Below, piece after piece: positions 10,023-19,310 of a stretch of DNA of 64,000 nucleotides. Every line of letters starts with the position of its first letter. Position 1 is the stretch's first letter. The notes under the pieces are model-generated. The model was not told the origin of the DNA. It made no database searches and was given only the letters and a program-made list of their open reading frames with translations. The DNA comes from Promethearchaeota archaeon (lineage in GTDB: Archaea; Asgardarchaeota; Lokiarchaeia; Sigyniarchaeales; SOKP01), in the NCBI GenBank assembly GCA_048940445.1, contig JBHLON010000001.1:96001-160000 (forward strand), in the 5' to 3' direction. Both the position numbers and the translations under genes were made by a program.

Positions 10023-10808
10023 TTATTTGGCCATTTGATTTGCAATTAAAGCAGCAGAAGCTCCAGCTCCAAAACCATTATCAATATTCACTACTACTAA
10101 ACCTGGAGAACAAGATTGTAACATGGTTGTTAGAGCTCCTAGGCCTTTCTCTCCTAGGCCATAACCACTTGACACTGGAACACCTATAACTGGGACATCT
10201 ACAAGAGCAGCAACCACACCAGGTAAGGTTCCCTCCATTCCAGCACAAACAATAATAATATGAACCCCTTTTTTTATCATATCACTAAGAGGATTAAAAA
10301 TACGATGGATTCCGGCGATGCCTAAATCATAACTGGTGATAACTTTACAACCCATTGATTCGGCGATTACTTTTGCTTCTTCGGCAATCGGAATATCCGA
10401 ACTTCCAGCAGTAATTATTCCAATAATCCCACCTTCTTTTTGGAATTCAAATCCCTTTTCTTTAATAATTATTGTTTTAGCTAATTCATTGAAATTTAAC
10501 ACGTATGTTTCATTATTATCGAACTTATTCTTGATAACTTCCTTTTGATCTTCTGTATATCTTGAGATTATAGCAAATCTTTTCTTTTTTAAGAATGTTT
10601 CAGTAATTTGTAAGATTAATTGAGGATTTTTGCTTTTAGCGTATATTACCTCAACTATTCCAGTTCGAGCTTTTCTATAAATATCTAGTTTAGCGCTATC
10701 TCCTACTTCCTCGATCAAATTGGCTTTTAATAGTTTCTCTGCTTCCTCTATAGAACATTCCTTATTCAGTAATTTTTTTAAGATTTCTCTCATATTTTCC
10801 ATATACAT
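10023..10808 (-). CDS. larB: Nickel pincer cofactor carboxylase/hydrolase LarB
   Basis: R.G..EVIYA..K, TAGSSDIPIAEEA, D.GIAGIHR, AGMEGTLP, MLQSCSPG..VVNIDNGFGAG. Confidence 0.95.
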   Translation of the reverse strand: MYMENMREILKKLLNKECSIEEAEKLLKANLIEEVGDSAKLDIYRKARTGIVEVIYAKSKNPQLILQITETFLKKKRFAIISRYTEDQKEVIKNKFDNNETYVLNFNELAKTIIIKEKGFEFQKEGGIIGIITAGSSDIPIAEEAKVIAESMGCKVITSYDLGIAGIHRIFNPLSDMIKKGVHIIIVCAGMEGTLPGVVAALVDVPVIGVPVSSGYGLGEKGLGALTTMLQSCSPGLVVVNIDNGFGAGASAALIANQMAK

Positions 10809-11132
10809 TCACTATAAATTAATTATAACTTCTAATTATCTTTATCTATTATTTGTTCTGGATAAGGTTTATACTTTTTATCGAATTTTGTAAAGAAATA
10901 GGATATATTTAGATTTCCTTAAGTAGATTTATCTTATGTCTTTTTCCAAAGGAAAAAAATTAAAAACCATACTAAAGATTTAAAAATTAATAAATTAAGA
11001 AAATTAGGAAATTAATTTAATTACGAATTGGTAATAATTGAGAGATATTATCTTACTTTTTGAGAATCGTTTAAAAACATAAGGCTTAAATACATAGATT
11101 GTATTTCTTATAATGGTCAAAGAGGGTGACCT

Positions 11133-12026
11133 ATGAAAAAAAAAGAATTAAGTTTGCTAATTTTTATTGTTACTACGTTCCTACTGAGTTTTAATATGTT
11201 GATTCCTAACATTAATTGTAATCCTTTACCAGCACCAGAAGATCATTTTGTGGGAGGAATTGTCTCTAATAAAAGTATTTCTCTAAATCTACTTAATGCT
11301 GACGTACTTTTTAATATTGACTCTACAAATTTTTCCAATAATATTGGTATTGATTTCTCTGGAAATTATACTATTTTTAATCCTAATGAAAAAACTAATA
11401 TAACCTTATATGCCCCTTTCTCTTTAGAGACAGATGTTGTAAGTTCAAATTGTGTAGTTCAAGTAAATGAAACAATAGTTCCATTTAAAATAATTAACAT
11501 ATATGACCTTGATTATAATGTTTATTCATATATAGAGGATTATTTATCATCTTCAAGTTCTATTTGGGGTATAGCTTTAATTATATGCAATTTAACAATC
11601 TCAGAGAATAGTACTAATACTATTAAATATCAATTTAGTGGTATTATAGAGAGAAGATCAAATGACTTTTCTATCAATTATGATTTAGGGACAGCAAGAG
11701 CTTGGGAAGGAGATTTAAATGAATTTGTTGAATTTAAAGTGATAGGAAAGATTCCTGACAGCTATAGAGAATATACAAATGGCACTTCTGAAGATCGCTG
11801 TGAAATAACTGACATTGATAATGGTAAAGTATATACATGGGAATGGAATAATGAAAAAACAAATATATTACAAGTAGGAATAATTTATAGGGAAAGACTA
11901 TTCAGTTTTGAATTTATAATCTTAATAATTATTCTCGTAGGTATTTCAGCTATAATAGCTATCCCAGTAACCATAATATTGATAAGAAGAAGGAGAAGAA
12001 CTCAAAAGGAAATATATACTCACTAA
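11133..12026 (+). CDS. Cell-surface protein with signal peptide and C-terminal TM anchor
   Basis: N-terminal signal peptide; Asn/Ser-rich ectodomain with many NxS/T sequons; TM followed by RRRRR. Confidence 0.75.
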   Translation: MKKKELSLLIFIVTTFLLSFNMLIPNINCNPLPAPEDHFVGGIVSNKSISLNLLNADVLFNIDSTNFSNNIGIDFSGNYTIFNPNEKTNITLYAPFSLETDVVSSNCVVQVNETIVPFKIINIYDLDYNVYSYIEDYLSSSSSIWGIALIICNLTISENSTNTIKYQFSGIIERRSNDFSINYDLGTARAWEGDLNEFVEFKVIGKIPDSYREYTNGTSEDRCEITDIDNGKVYTWEWNNEKTNILQVGIIYRERLFSFEFIILIIILVGISAIIAIPVTIILIRRRRRTQKEIYTH

Positions 12027-12190
12027 GAATTAGCTTAAAATTGTGAAAGTTAGTATTAATTGGATAAAGATAGAAAGGAAAATATCTAAAAAGTCTTATT
12101 GGATATATAAAATGAATATCCAACATTAGTTAATCCAGTTTGTAAGATATATCTTTTTAGAGGGATTTATGTTCTTATCCATAATGCATG

Positions 12191-12284
12191 TGCTTCCTCA
12201 ATCACATTGGCTTTAATTACTGCTCTGGTTTTTCAATAGAAAATGCTTTATTCAATAACTTCTTTAATATATTAGCACATTTTC
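12191..12284 (-). pseudogene. larB: Decayed duplicate of the larB 5' end
   Basis: Aligns by eye at about 70-75% nt identity to 10704-10799; reads ENV..ILKKLLNKAFSIEKPEQ..LKANVIEEA versus LarB ENMREILKKLLNKECSIEEAEKLLKANLIEEV, with frameshifts. Confidence 0.75.
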
Positions 12285-12303
12285 AGGATTATCTTCCCAC
12301 AAA

Positions 12304-12813
12304 TTAATTATCGTTATGTATTATATGTTCAGGATAAGGCTTAATATTTTTAAGGGAAGTGCGTAAAAATGATGGGTAAACCTCAAACTTTTCAAGATCA
12401 GTTATATTGAACCATCTAAAAATAAGTTTAAGTTCTCTTCCATAAAGTTCATCTTTTTCAAACCTTAATTGAGACTCTTTCCCATAGAAGGTATCTTTCT
12501 CTATAACTTTTTTAGATTCTGGAGGAAATTCCATCAGATAGATAATAGATACTTCATGGTAATCTCGGTTTTCAAATTTAAAAAAACTTTCTACGAAATA
12601 TAAAGGTCTTATAATCTTTATGGCAATCCCGATTTCTTCTTTCATCTCTCTTCTAAGAGTTTCCTTAGAATTTTCCAATAATTCACATCTTCCTCCAGGT
12701 AATGCCCAAAAGTCATCTTGTTCACTTCTGTGTAATAAAACTTTATTATTTAAAATAGCAACCCCCGCAATTCTAAATGCAAATCGTTTTTTTCTCTTTT
12801 CAAAAGTTATCAT
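12304..12813 (-). CDS. NUDIX hydrolase
   Basis: WALPGGRCELLENSKETLRREMKEEIG Nudix box. Confidence 0.92.
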   Translation of the reverse strand: MITFEKRKKRFAFRIAGVAILNNKVLLHRSEQDDFWALPGGRCELLENSKETLRREMKEEIGIAIKIIRPLYFVESFFKFENRDYHEVSIIYLMEFPPESKKVIEKDTFYGKESQLRFEKDELYGRELKLIFRWFNITDLEKFEVYPSFLRTSLKNIKPYPEHIIHNDN

Positions 12814-12990
12814 TTAATATATCTTAATGATTAATTCTAATTAAATGAAGTAAATAAGGCTGCTTATAAAAGATATACAAATTAAAATACGATTTTTAAT
12901 TCGAATACAAAAAAAATATTAACTTATCAAGATTTTTTTGTTAGTAAATATTAAAATTATTTAAAATCTACTTTCAAATCCTAAATAAAA

Positions 12991-14223
12991 GTGATAACTA
13001 AAATGAAAATCGATTATACATCCTATAAAGATGTAGATTTAAGAGGAAAAAAAGTAATAATGCGCGTGGATATCAATTCGAATATTGATGTAGAAAAAAT
13101 GGAAATAAGAGACTCTCCTAGAATTCGTGCATTAGTTCCTGCTTTGGAAGAACTAAAAGAAAGCGCAGTAATATTAATGGCACACCAATCACGCCCCGGT
13201 GAAAAAGATTTTATAAACTTAGATCTTCATGCAAAAGAAATTGAAAAAGAATTAGGACGGCCGGTGAAATTTGTACCCGACATTTTTGGTGAAAAAGCAG
13301 TTCAAGCAATTAAAGAGTTAAAACCAGGAGAAATCCTTCTTTTAAATAACGTCCGTATGTGGGAGGGGGAAATGGCAAAATATGAAAGCTTTAAAGATGC
13401 TGAAAACACTGAGATGATCAAGACTTTATACCCACTAGTTGATTATGTTATTGTAGATGCATTTGGAGCCGCTCACCGAGCACATGTTTCTATTATAGGG
13501 TGGCCTAAAATGTTAGCTGGTCCAATTACTACTAATGAATTAAATGCATTAAAAAAAATAATGCATATCCCAGATAAACCCATGGCTATGCTAATTGGGG
13601 GTGCGAAGGCAATTGATAAATTTAAAGCGATGAGATATAATTTTGATAATGAGAAGCTTGATTACGCTCTCTGCTCTGGATTAACTGCTATTTTAATTTT
13701 TGAAGCACTGGGTAAAAATATGGGTGCCCCAAATCATAAGATCATTGCTAAGGATTTAGAGGAAAATAAAAATATGATTAAGGAAACCTATGCAAAGTAT
13801 GAAGATAAAATTGTACTTCCTAAAGACTTAGTAATAGATGATAATGGCAAAAGAAAAGTAATTTCAATTGATGAGGCAGGTATATATAACACTACAACTG
13901 GAGATATAGGCCCTAAAACAGAAGTTGAATTTAAAGATATAATTATGAAATGCAAGACGATTGTAGCCAACGGACCTCCTGGAATTTTCGAGCAAGAAGT
14001 TTTCAGAGAAGCTACCGATGAAATGGTTAAGACAATGGTCAAAGCAACTAAAGAAAATGGAGCACTAACAATAATCGGAGGCGGTGAAATGGGTGCTGCT
14101 GCTTCAATGGCAGGTTTAGCAGATGAAGTTTCTTTTATTTCCACTGCGGGAGGAGCAATGCTGGAAATCCTTTCAGGAAAAGATCTTCCCATGATTAAAG
14201 CTTTAAGAGAAAAGAAGGTCTAA
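12991..14223 (+). CDS. pgk: Phosphoglycerate kinase
   Basis: RVDINS, AHQSRPG, DAFGAAHRAHVS, GGAK, DIGP, NGPPGIFE, STAGGAMLE. Confidence 0.95.
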   Translation: MITKMKIDYTSYKDVDLRGKKVIMRVDINSNIDVEKMEIRDSPRIRALVPALEELKESAVILMAHQSRPGEKDFINLDLHAKEIEKELGRPVKFVPDIFGEKAVQAIKELKPGEILLLNNVRMWEGEMAKYESFKDAENTEMIKTLYPLVDYVIVDAFGAAHRAHVSIIGWPKMLAGPITTNELNALKKIMHIPDKPMAMLIGGAKAIDKFKAMRYNFDNEKLDYALCSGLTAILIFEALGKNMGAPNHKIIAKDLEENKNMIKETYAKYEDKIVLPKDLVIDDNGKRKVISIDEAGIYNTTTGDIGPKTEVEFKDIIMKCKTIVANGPPGIFEQEVFREATDEMVKTMVKATKENGALTIIGGGEMGAAASMAGLADEVSFISTAGGAMLEILSGKDLPMIKALREKKV

Positions 14224-14403
14224 TTAAATCTAAATTTTATTTTTTAATTTTTTAAGTAATCTAAATGCTCTTTCACATTTATTAAATCGAGTTATGAAGT
14301 TAGATTATTTAAGTAATTAATCCCGAGCTCCAACTTTATTCTTTGTGATAACTTTTATATATCAGTAAATCCAAATAGATTTATCCAATATTTGGTGATT
14401 TAA

Positions 14404-15036
14404 ATGAGTATAACGTTCGATTTCTTTTTACCGTTTGGATTTCTGTATTGGAGTTGGTTAACATGGATTCTTTTTATCATTTTCGTCCTTACATACTTAT
14501 TCCTCATTTTAGGAAGTAGGGATTTAAAAAGGGACAATTTTGCATCTACAAAATTCTTGTTTGTCATTGGGATCTTACTTTTAGTTTGGTATATTCTAGT
14601 ACAACTTTTTATTCCTTCAATGTCCGTTACTTCACCGACTCCAATGGAATTTATCATTTACATTATCTATACTTTGTTTCTAGGATCCGGGATAATCTAT
14701 CAAGTTTTACATATTATATTAGGAATTGGATTTATTAAAGTTGGAAGCAGTAATAGAGACCATGGTGGAACTGTCGCATTGGTTGGTGGTATTTTATATC
14801 TTATAGCATGGATACTTATTATGTTAAGTGACATATTTTTTTCGTTTATTCCAGTATATCTTTCTTCACTACTATTTAGCGTTATTGGTTGGCTTATAAT
14901 TATCACAAGCCTTGCAGCGGCAATTTTAATCTTTATCTTCAGTATCTTTACTAAGAGACCTTTGTTTATAGTATTTGGTGCTTTATTCTTAGCGATTTAC
15001 TCTTTCCAATTCTTATATTTAACTGGAATTATATGA
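14404..15036 (+). CDS. Membrane protein of unknown function
   Basis: About 6 TM segments. Confidence 0.7.
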   Translation: MSITFDFFLPFGFLYWSWLTWILFIIFVLTYLFLILGSRDLKRDNFASTKFLFVIGILLLVWYILVQLFIPSMSVTSPTPMEFIIYIIYTLFLGSGIIYQVLHIILGIGFIKVGSSNRDHGGTVALVGGILYLIAWILIMLSDIFFSFIPVYLSSLLFSVIGWLIIITSLAAAILIFIFSIFTKRPLFIVFGALFLAIYSFQFLYLTGII

Positions 15037-15055
15037 CATTAATCAATTTCTTTTT

Positions 15056-15427
15056 TTATTTCTTTATACTTAATTTTTCTCTGTTTTCCTCAGTATCTTC
15101 ATAAATGTGCCACTCAGCGACTAAATCGTTTTCAATAGTTGCTGTCCATATTGCATGATCCTCTTCTAATGAATCTTCTGACCATCTAGCATAACCGATT
15201 AATATCACTAAATTTTCTTGAGATTCCACCTGTGTAAAGGTATTTTTGTAAGTAGGGAAATTCTGGAAGAATTCTTTCCAACCATTTATCATATCTCCAA
15301 AACAATCTCCATGGCGATCGATAAATACATGGTCCTTTGTCATGAGATTAGTAATCCCTTTTATATCTTGATTATTAATGCAATCATTAAATAGTAATGC
15401 GATTAATTTTGGGTCCCTAGAGTTCAT
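15056..15427 (-). CDS. SnoaL/NTF2-like protein
   Basis: FNDCINNQDI...DHVFID...W..FF..FP...AEWHIYED. Confidence 0.8.
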   Translation of the reverse strand: MNSRDPKLIALLFNDCINNQDIKGITNLMTKDHVFIDRHGDCFGDMINGWKEFFQNFPTYKNTFTQVESQENLVILIGYARWSEDSLEEDHAIWTATIENDLVAEWHIYEDTEENREKLSIKK

Positions 15428-15561
15428 AAAACCACCTTAGAAAGAAGTATTCTAACGCCTTGTCTCTTTATTCAAAAACTAATAAAATATTTATTTTTTA
15501 ATAAAATAAATTACATATTATTATTTTAAAAATATTATTAATGAAAATAGAAAACATTAAA

Positions 15562-15665
15562 GGGCCCATGGTCTAGAGAATTCGTTATATATAGAAGATT
15601 CGGAAATTTGGTATGACGTCCGCTTGACGTGCGGAAGGTCGGGAGTTCAAGTCTCCCTGGGCCCA
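15562..15665 (+). tRNA. tRNA-Val(GAC) with a 31-nt non-canonical intron in the D-loop (15577-15607)
   Basis: Acceptor GGGCCCA/TGGGCCC-A; anticodon stem TCCGC/GCGGA with loop TT-GAC-GT; T-arm GGGAG-TTCAAGT-CTCCC; removing the insert gives D-arm GTCTAGTTGGTATGAC and a 73-nt tRNA. Confidence 0.9.
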
Positions 15666-15701
15666 TTAACTTATCAAAAGTTAAGAGGAACACCAAAAGC
15701 T

Positions 15702-16181
15702 ATGCCAATAAGAATTCGTTGGAGATCAAAGGAAAATATCCCTTTTGCTTTAATGATTTTAGGAGGATGTGGTCTTTTCCAAGTATTATTTATTTTTATT
15801 GCTCAATACTTATTAAGAGTTGGAAATTATATAATGATCATTTTAATCCCATTTGGAGCAATAATAGGGTTATACTTTGGAACTACTATGGTTTTTGAAG
15901 CTTTTGCCCAAGAACAACGAAGAAGGAAATTAAAAAGGCAGTTTCAAAAATTAAGATTCGACTTTTCGATTATTCAAAGATTTTTAGACTTTCCTGTAGT
16001 TAAACCATTACTTATTATATTTATGATTTTCACTCCTTTGTTCTTTATTACATATTATGCAACTCTTTATTATTTGGGTAATATAATTTCCTTTTTAGTT
16101 GCTGAAATTTTTTCGACTTTAATCTGTTTACTTATAGCAAATCTCGTTGAAAAGAAATATGGAAAAGTAAAAAGATACTAA
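15702..16181 (+). CDS. Membrane protein of unknown function (4 TM)
   Basis: True start likely ATG 15702 (MPIRIRW), because the track start at 15624 lies inside the tRNA. Confidence 0.7.
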   Translation: MPIRIRWRSKENIPFALMILGGCGLFQVLFIFIAQYLLRVGNYIMIILIPFGAIIGLYFGTTMVFEAFAQEQRRRKLKRQFQKLRFDFSIIQRFLDFPVVKPLLIIFMIFTPLFFITYYATLYYLGNIISFLVAEIFSTLICLLIANLVEKKYGKVKRY

Positions 16182-16314
16182 AAAATCAATTAAATATTTT
16201 TTTTTGATCTCGTAATTATTAAGAAATCATAATAATTTAATACCAAAATAGTTATTATGTATATAACCATAATCGCAATAGGATAAATCTATAATTAAAA
16301 GTTCGATTTCTATC

Positions 16315-17157
16315 ATGGCTAAACTTCAAGTTCGATGCCCTTCTTGTTCAAAGAGTAATTTCATTGAGGTTTCAGATGAAGAAGTTAAAAAAGCGTCAAA
16401 AGGTCTTTTTGCTGTAAATGTTGCAGAAGGGATAGTATGTAACCATTCTTTTGTGGCTTATGTAGATAAAAATTTTACTGTAAGAGATGCTTTCATAGCC
16501 GATTTTCAAGTTGAACTTCCGAGTACTAATACTGAAAAAGTTGTTGAAGTAAAAAAAGATTTTTCTGATTTATTTGACATTGATTTGATTAAATTAAATA
16601 TTACCGCCTCTTTATTAGGATATGTTCTAAGAGCTATGATATTTAAAAAGAAAATTGTACTAATTTCTAATCAACAATATATCTTTAATCAAGTTTCAAA
16701 CTTTTTTCATTACATCACCGAAAATTCTTTTGGGATAGATCTTATCTTAATTGATGAGAATCAATATAACAAGGACTCATTTGGCGATCATTTCGCTTTT
16801 AAAGGTCGAGAAATTGTTACTGATTTTAACGGTAAGCTCGAATCCACAAAGATAAATGTTGAGAAAACTATAATTCAAAAATTCTTAAATGAATATGATC
16901 CTATGACAAGCTTAATCATACTAAAGAATGAAATTCAAAAAGCATTTCAGCTGTCTAAAACAATAGTAGAGATAATTAACAATTTAAAGAAAAATGAAAA
17001 AATCTATTCTAAAAAATTAATAATTGAATTAGAAAAAAGACATAATCTAAAAATAGTAATACCCTATTTAGAGTTTCTTTATGAAATTGTAGAAAATTAT
17101 TTTGACGTAAAAATCCCAAAATCGTCAGGTATTTCCAATTTCCTCGGGACCTTATAA
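16315..17157 (+). CDS. Hypothetical protein with N-terminal Zn-ribbon
   Basis: CPSC...CNH motif; LRAMIFKKKIVLIS segment. Confidence 0.65.
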   Translation: MAKLQVRCPSCSKSNFIEVSDEEVKKASKGLFAVNVAEGIVCNHSFVAYVDKNFTVRDAFIADFQVELPSTNTEKVVEVKKDFSDLFDIDLIKLNITASLLGYVLRAMIFKKKIVLISNQQYIFNQVSNFFHYITENSFGIDLILIDENQYNKDSFGDHFAFKGREIVTDFNGKLESTKINVEKTIIQKFLNEYDPMTSLIILKNEIQKAFQLSKTIVEIINNLKKNEKIYSKKLIIELEKRHNLKIVIPYLEFLYEIVENYFDVKIPKSSGISNFLGTL

Positions 17158-17306
17158 ATTTAGATCAAAAAGCTAATATAATTACTTTGAATACTTACCT
17201 AATAATATTAACTACTTATTCTGATCTAAATATAGGAAATATTAAATTAATTGATTATTATTAGACAATCATATTAATAGGATAAGGAAAACGTGTTATA
17301 AATAAG

Positions 17307-18167
17307 GTGATTGATAAAATGAATGATCTCATATTTTTTAGTTTGATTATGTTAATATTTTTGAGAGCTGTAGGATTAGGAGTTTCTGTGGAATTCTTTT
17401 ATAACACGAGAGATCGGAAATTCATATCTTTCATTTTCTGCTGGATTTTTTGGATGATTGCGAACATCTTTCCAATATTAGCAGATATTGTCTTAAATAT
17501 GAGTTTAAAAGAAATTTTTCTTATAGTTAATATATTATTTTTTATTCTTGGAGTTATTTTTTACTTTTGGGGATTTTGGCAATATTATCTAATAATATCA
17601 TCAAGGATATTGATTGCTTTAATAATTATATCTATTATAACCCCTCTTTTATTGTATATTCTGATCGATTTCAATATTGCTATGACATTTTCGACAATGA
17701 TTATTATGCTTTTATTTCTGAGTGGATATATAATACCACCATTAAAAAAAAGGGAATTTGTAAAATATATGGGTAAAACAATAAGATGGTATTATGCGGC
17801 AACAGTAACATTTGTTCTTTATTTTCCAATTTCAATTATAAGTTACACATTAGGATACAGATATGGCGTGTATTTCGCTGAGGAACCCCTGATTATAATA
17901 TTATACTATATTCCTAGCCTTGGTATTACGCTATTACTCATTGTTTTACTCGTTCACATCGAATACTCTATTTCCTCTCGTCATAAAAATGATTTGAAGG
18001 ATAAATATTCTCATGATTTAGGGAATATAATGCAGGCAATTAGTTCTGCTTATGAACTTTATAGCTTAAAGCTTGAAAATATTAAAGGATCTGCCGAATT
18101 GGATAATATGTTAAAATCAAAGATTACTGAGGCCGGTAAACTAATTAAAGATATACGGGAATTATAA
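17307..18167 (+). CDS. 7-TM sensor with a HisKA/DHp domain but no ATPase domain
   Basis: About 7 TM segments, then H-box SHDLGNIMQAI; ends after the second DHp helix. Confidence 0.7.
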   Translation: MIDKMNDLIFFSLIMLIFLRAVGLGVSVEFFYNTRDRKFISFIFCWIFWMIANIFPILADIVLNMSLKEIFLIVNILFFILGVIFYFWGFWQYYLIISSRILIALIIISIITPLLLYILIDFNIAMTFSTMIIMLLFLSGYIIPPLKKREFVKYMGKTIRWYYAATVTFVLYFPISIISYTLGYRYGVYFAEEPLIIILYYIPSLGITLLLIVLLVHIEYSISSRHKNDLKDKYSHDLGNIMQAISSAYELYSLKLENIKGSAELDNMLKSKITEAGKLIKDIREL

Positions 18168-18283
18168 ATCAAAATTATTATAATAATAATTATTTCATAG
18201 TTTTCGTAAAATGTCTGTTTCACGAAAATTCATCTAATTAGGATAGCTTATTATAATACTTATATTAAATTAAGTATGTAAAA

Positions 18284-18374
18284 TGCGTCGTCCGGGATTT
18301 GAACCCGGGTCCCGCGCGTTCTGCTTTCAATTAGAAAATGGCAGGCGCGGATTCTACCACTATACTAACGACGC
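18284..18374 (-). tRNA. tRNA-Gly(GCC) with a canonical 20-nt intron at 37/38 (18319-18338)
   Basis: Acceptor GCGTCGT/ACGACGC-A; anticodon stem CGCGC/GCGCG; strict BHB with CTGC/GCAG central helix, CAT and AAC bulges, TTTC/GAAA intron helix. Confidence 0.95.
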
Positions 18375-18445
18375 TTTATTTAAGATTTAAAAAACTGCTA
18401 AATTATACTAAAATAAATTAGTTTAAAGAAAAAAAACTTTTTTAA

Positions 18446-19309
18446 TTAATCTTTTAAATCAAATATTATTTCAACTGAACTGACAATCCCCAACTTACGG
18501 GCAAATCTTCTAATATATTGAATCCTATGTTTTTTAATTACATCTGAGACAATCAAAGTTGGAATAAAAGGAAGGATCATAAAAAAAGGGAACGGAATGA
18601 AAATTGCCAATAAAATGGAAAATAAACTTGTAAAACTAGCCGTTTCTACTAAAAAGATAGTAATAAATTCAAAATAGGAGAATATTACTGATACACCAGC
18701 GTAACCTTTTAGAAATTGCCCATACCATCTCCCTATAGAACGAACCTCAGGTGGATTAATTGTTTTATCTAATTTATTTCTATTAGAATAGATTATACCA
18801 GAATCACTTAAAAACCATGTAGTAGAGAAAAGTATTGTTGCAAGAAAAAAAGTTAGTACTAATAATACTACAAAGGTAGTAGCATAATCTGCTTGAGTAG
18901 TCGGTATGCTCCCTCTTGAGAAGGTGACAATTTCAGGAGTAAGTAAAAATAATGAGAAATTAATAGCCATTAATGCAGAAAATAAACCAGAAGAAAAATA
19001 TTTAAATTTGGGAAATTCTGGTCTATTGAAAAGTCCATATTCCATTTTGGTTTTAAAGATTTTTTTATGGATATAAAGAAAAAACGGTGAAAATCCATAT
19101 CCACCAACAAATAAACCAATTAAAGAAGATACGGGTAATATGATTATAGAAAGTAATCCTGTTTCTAATCCCATATCAGAAATTGGAATTAATTTAGTTA
19201 AATCATCGGTTCTTCCAATAATTAAAGAAAAAGTAATAGAGATCCCAATCCAAAATAAGCAATAAAATAAAAAGAACAATAAAGCTCGTTTATATTTCCC
19301 AATTTTCAT
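18446..19309 (-). CDS. Membrane protein of unknown function, translationally coupled to the small GTPase
   Basis: About 6 TM segments; WFLSDSGIIYS motif; starts 1 nt after the GTPase stop. Confidence 0.7.
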   Translation of the reverse strand: MKIGKYKRALLFFLFYCLFWIGISITFSLIIGRTDDLTKLIPISDMGLETGLLSIIILPVSSLIGLFVGGYGFSPFFLYIHKKIFKTKMEYGLFNRPEFPKFKYFSSGLFSALMAINFSLFLLTPEIVTFSRGSIPTTQADYATTFVVLLVLTFFLATILFSTTWFLSDSGIIYSNRNKLDKTINPPEVRSIGRWYGQFLKGYAGVSVIFSYFEFITIFLVETASFTSLFSILLAIFIPFPFFMILPFIPTLIVSDVIKKHRIQYIRRFARKLGIVSSVEIIFDLKD

Positions 19310-19310
19310 A

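Noticed and set aside
15624-15701. N-terminal extension of the 15624-16181 ORF, and the overlapping 15629-15898 ORF
   Set aside because: Both starts lie inside tRNA-Val; ATG 15702 is the plausible start
15711-15720. AGAATTCGTT also occurs at the start of the tRNA-Val intron (15577-15586)
   Set aside because: A 10-nt match inside a coding region of AT-rich DNA; likely chance
15665-18284. Possible tRNA-anchored genomic island between the convergent tRNA-Val and tRNA-Gly
   Set aside because: No integrase and no duplicated tRNA 3' end (att site) seen
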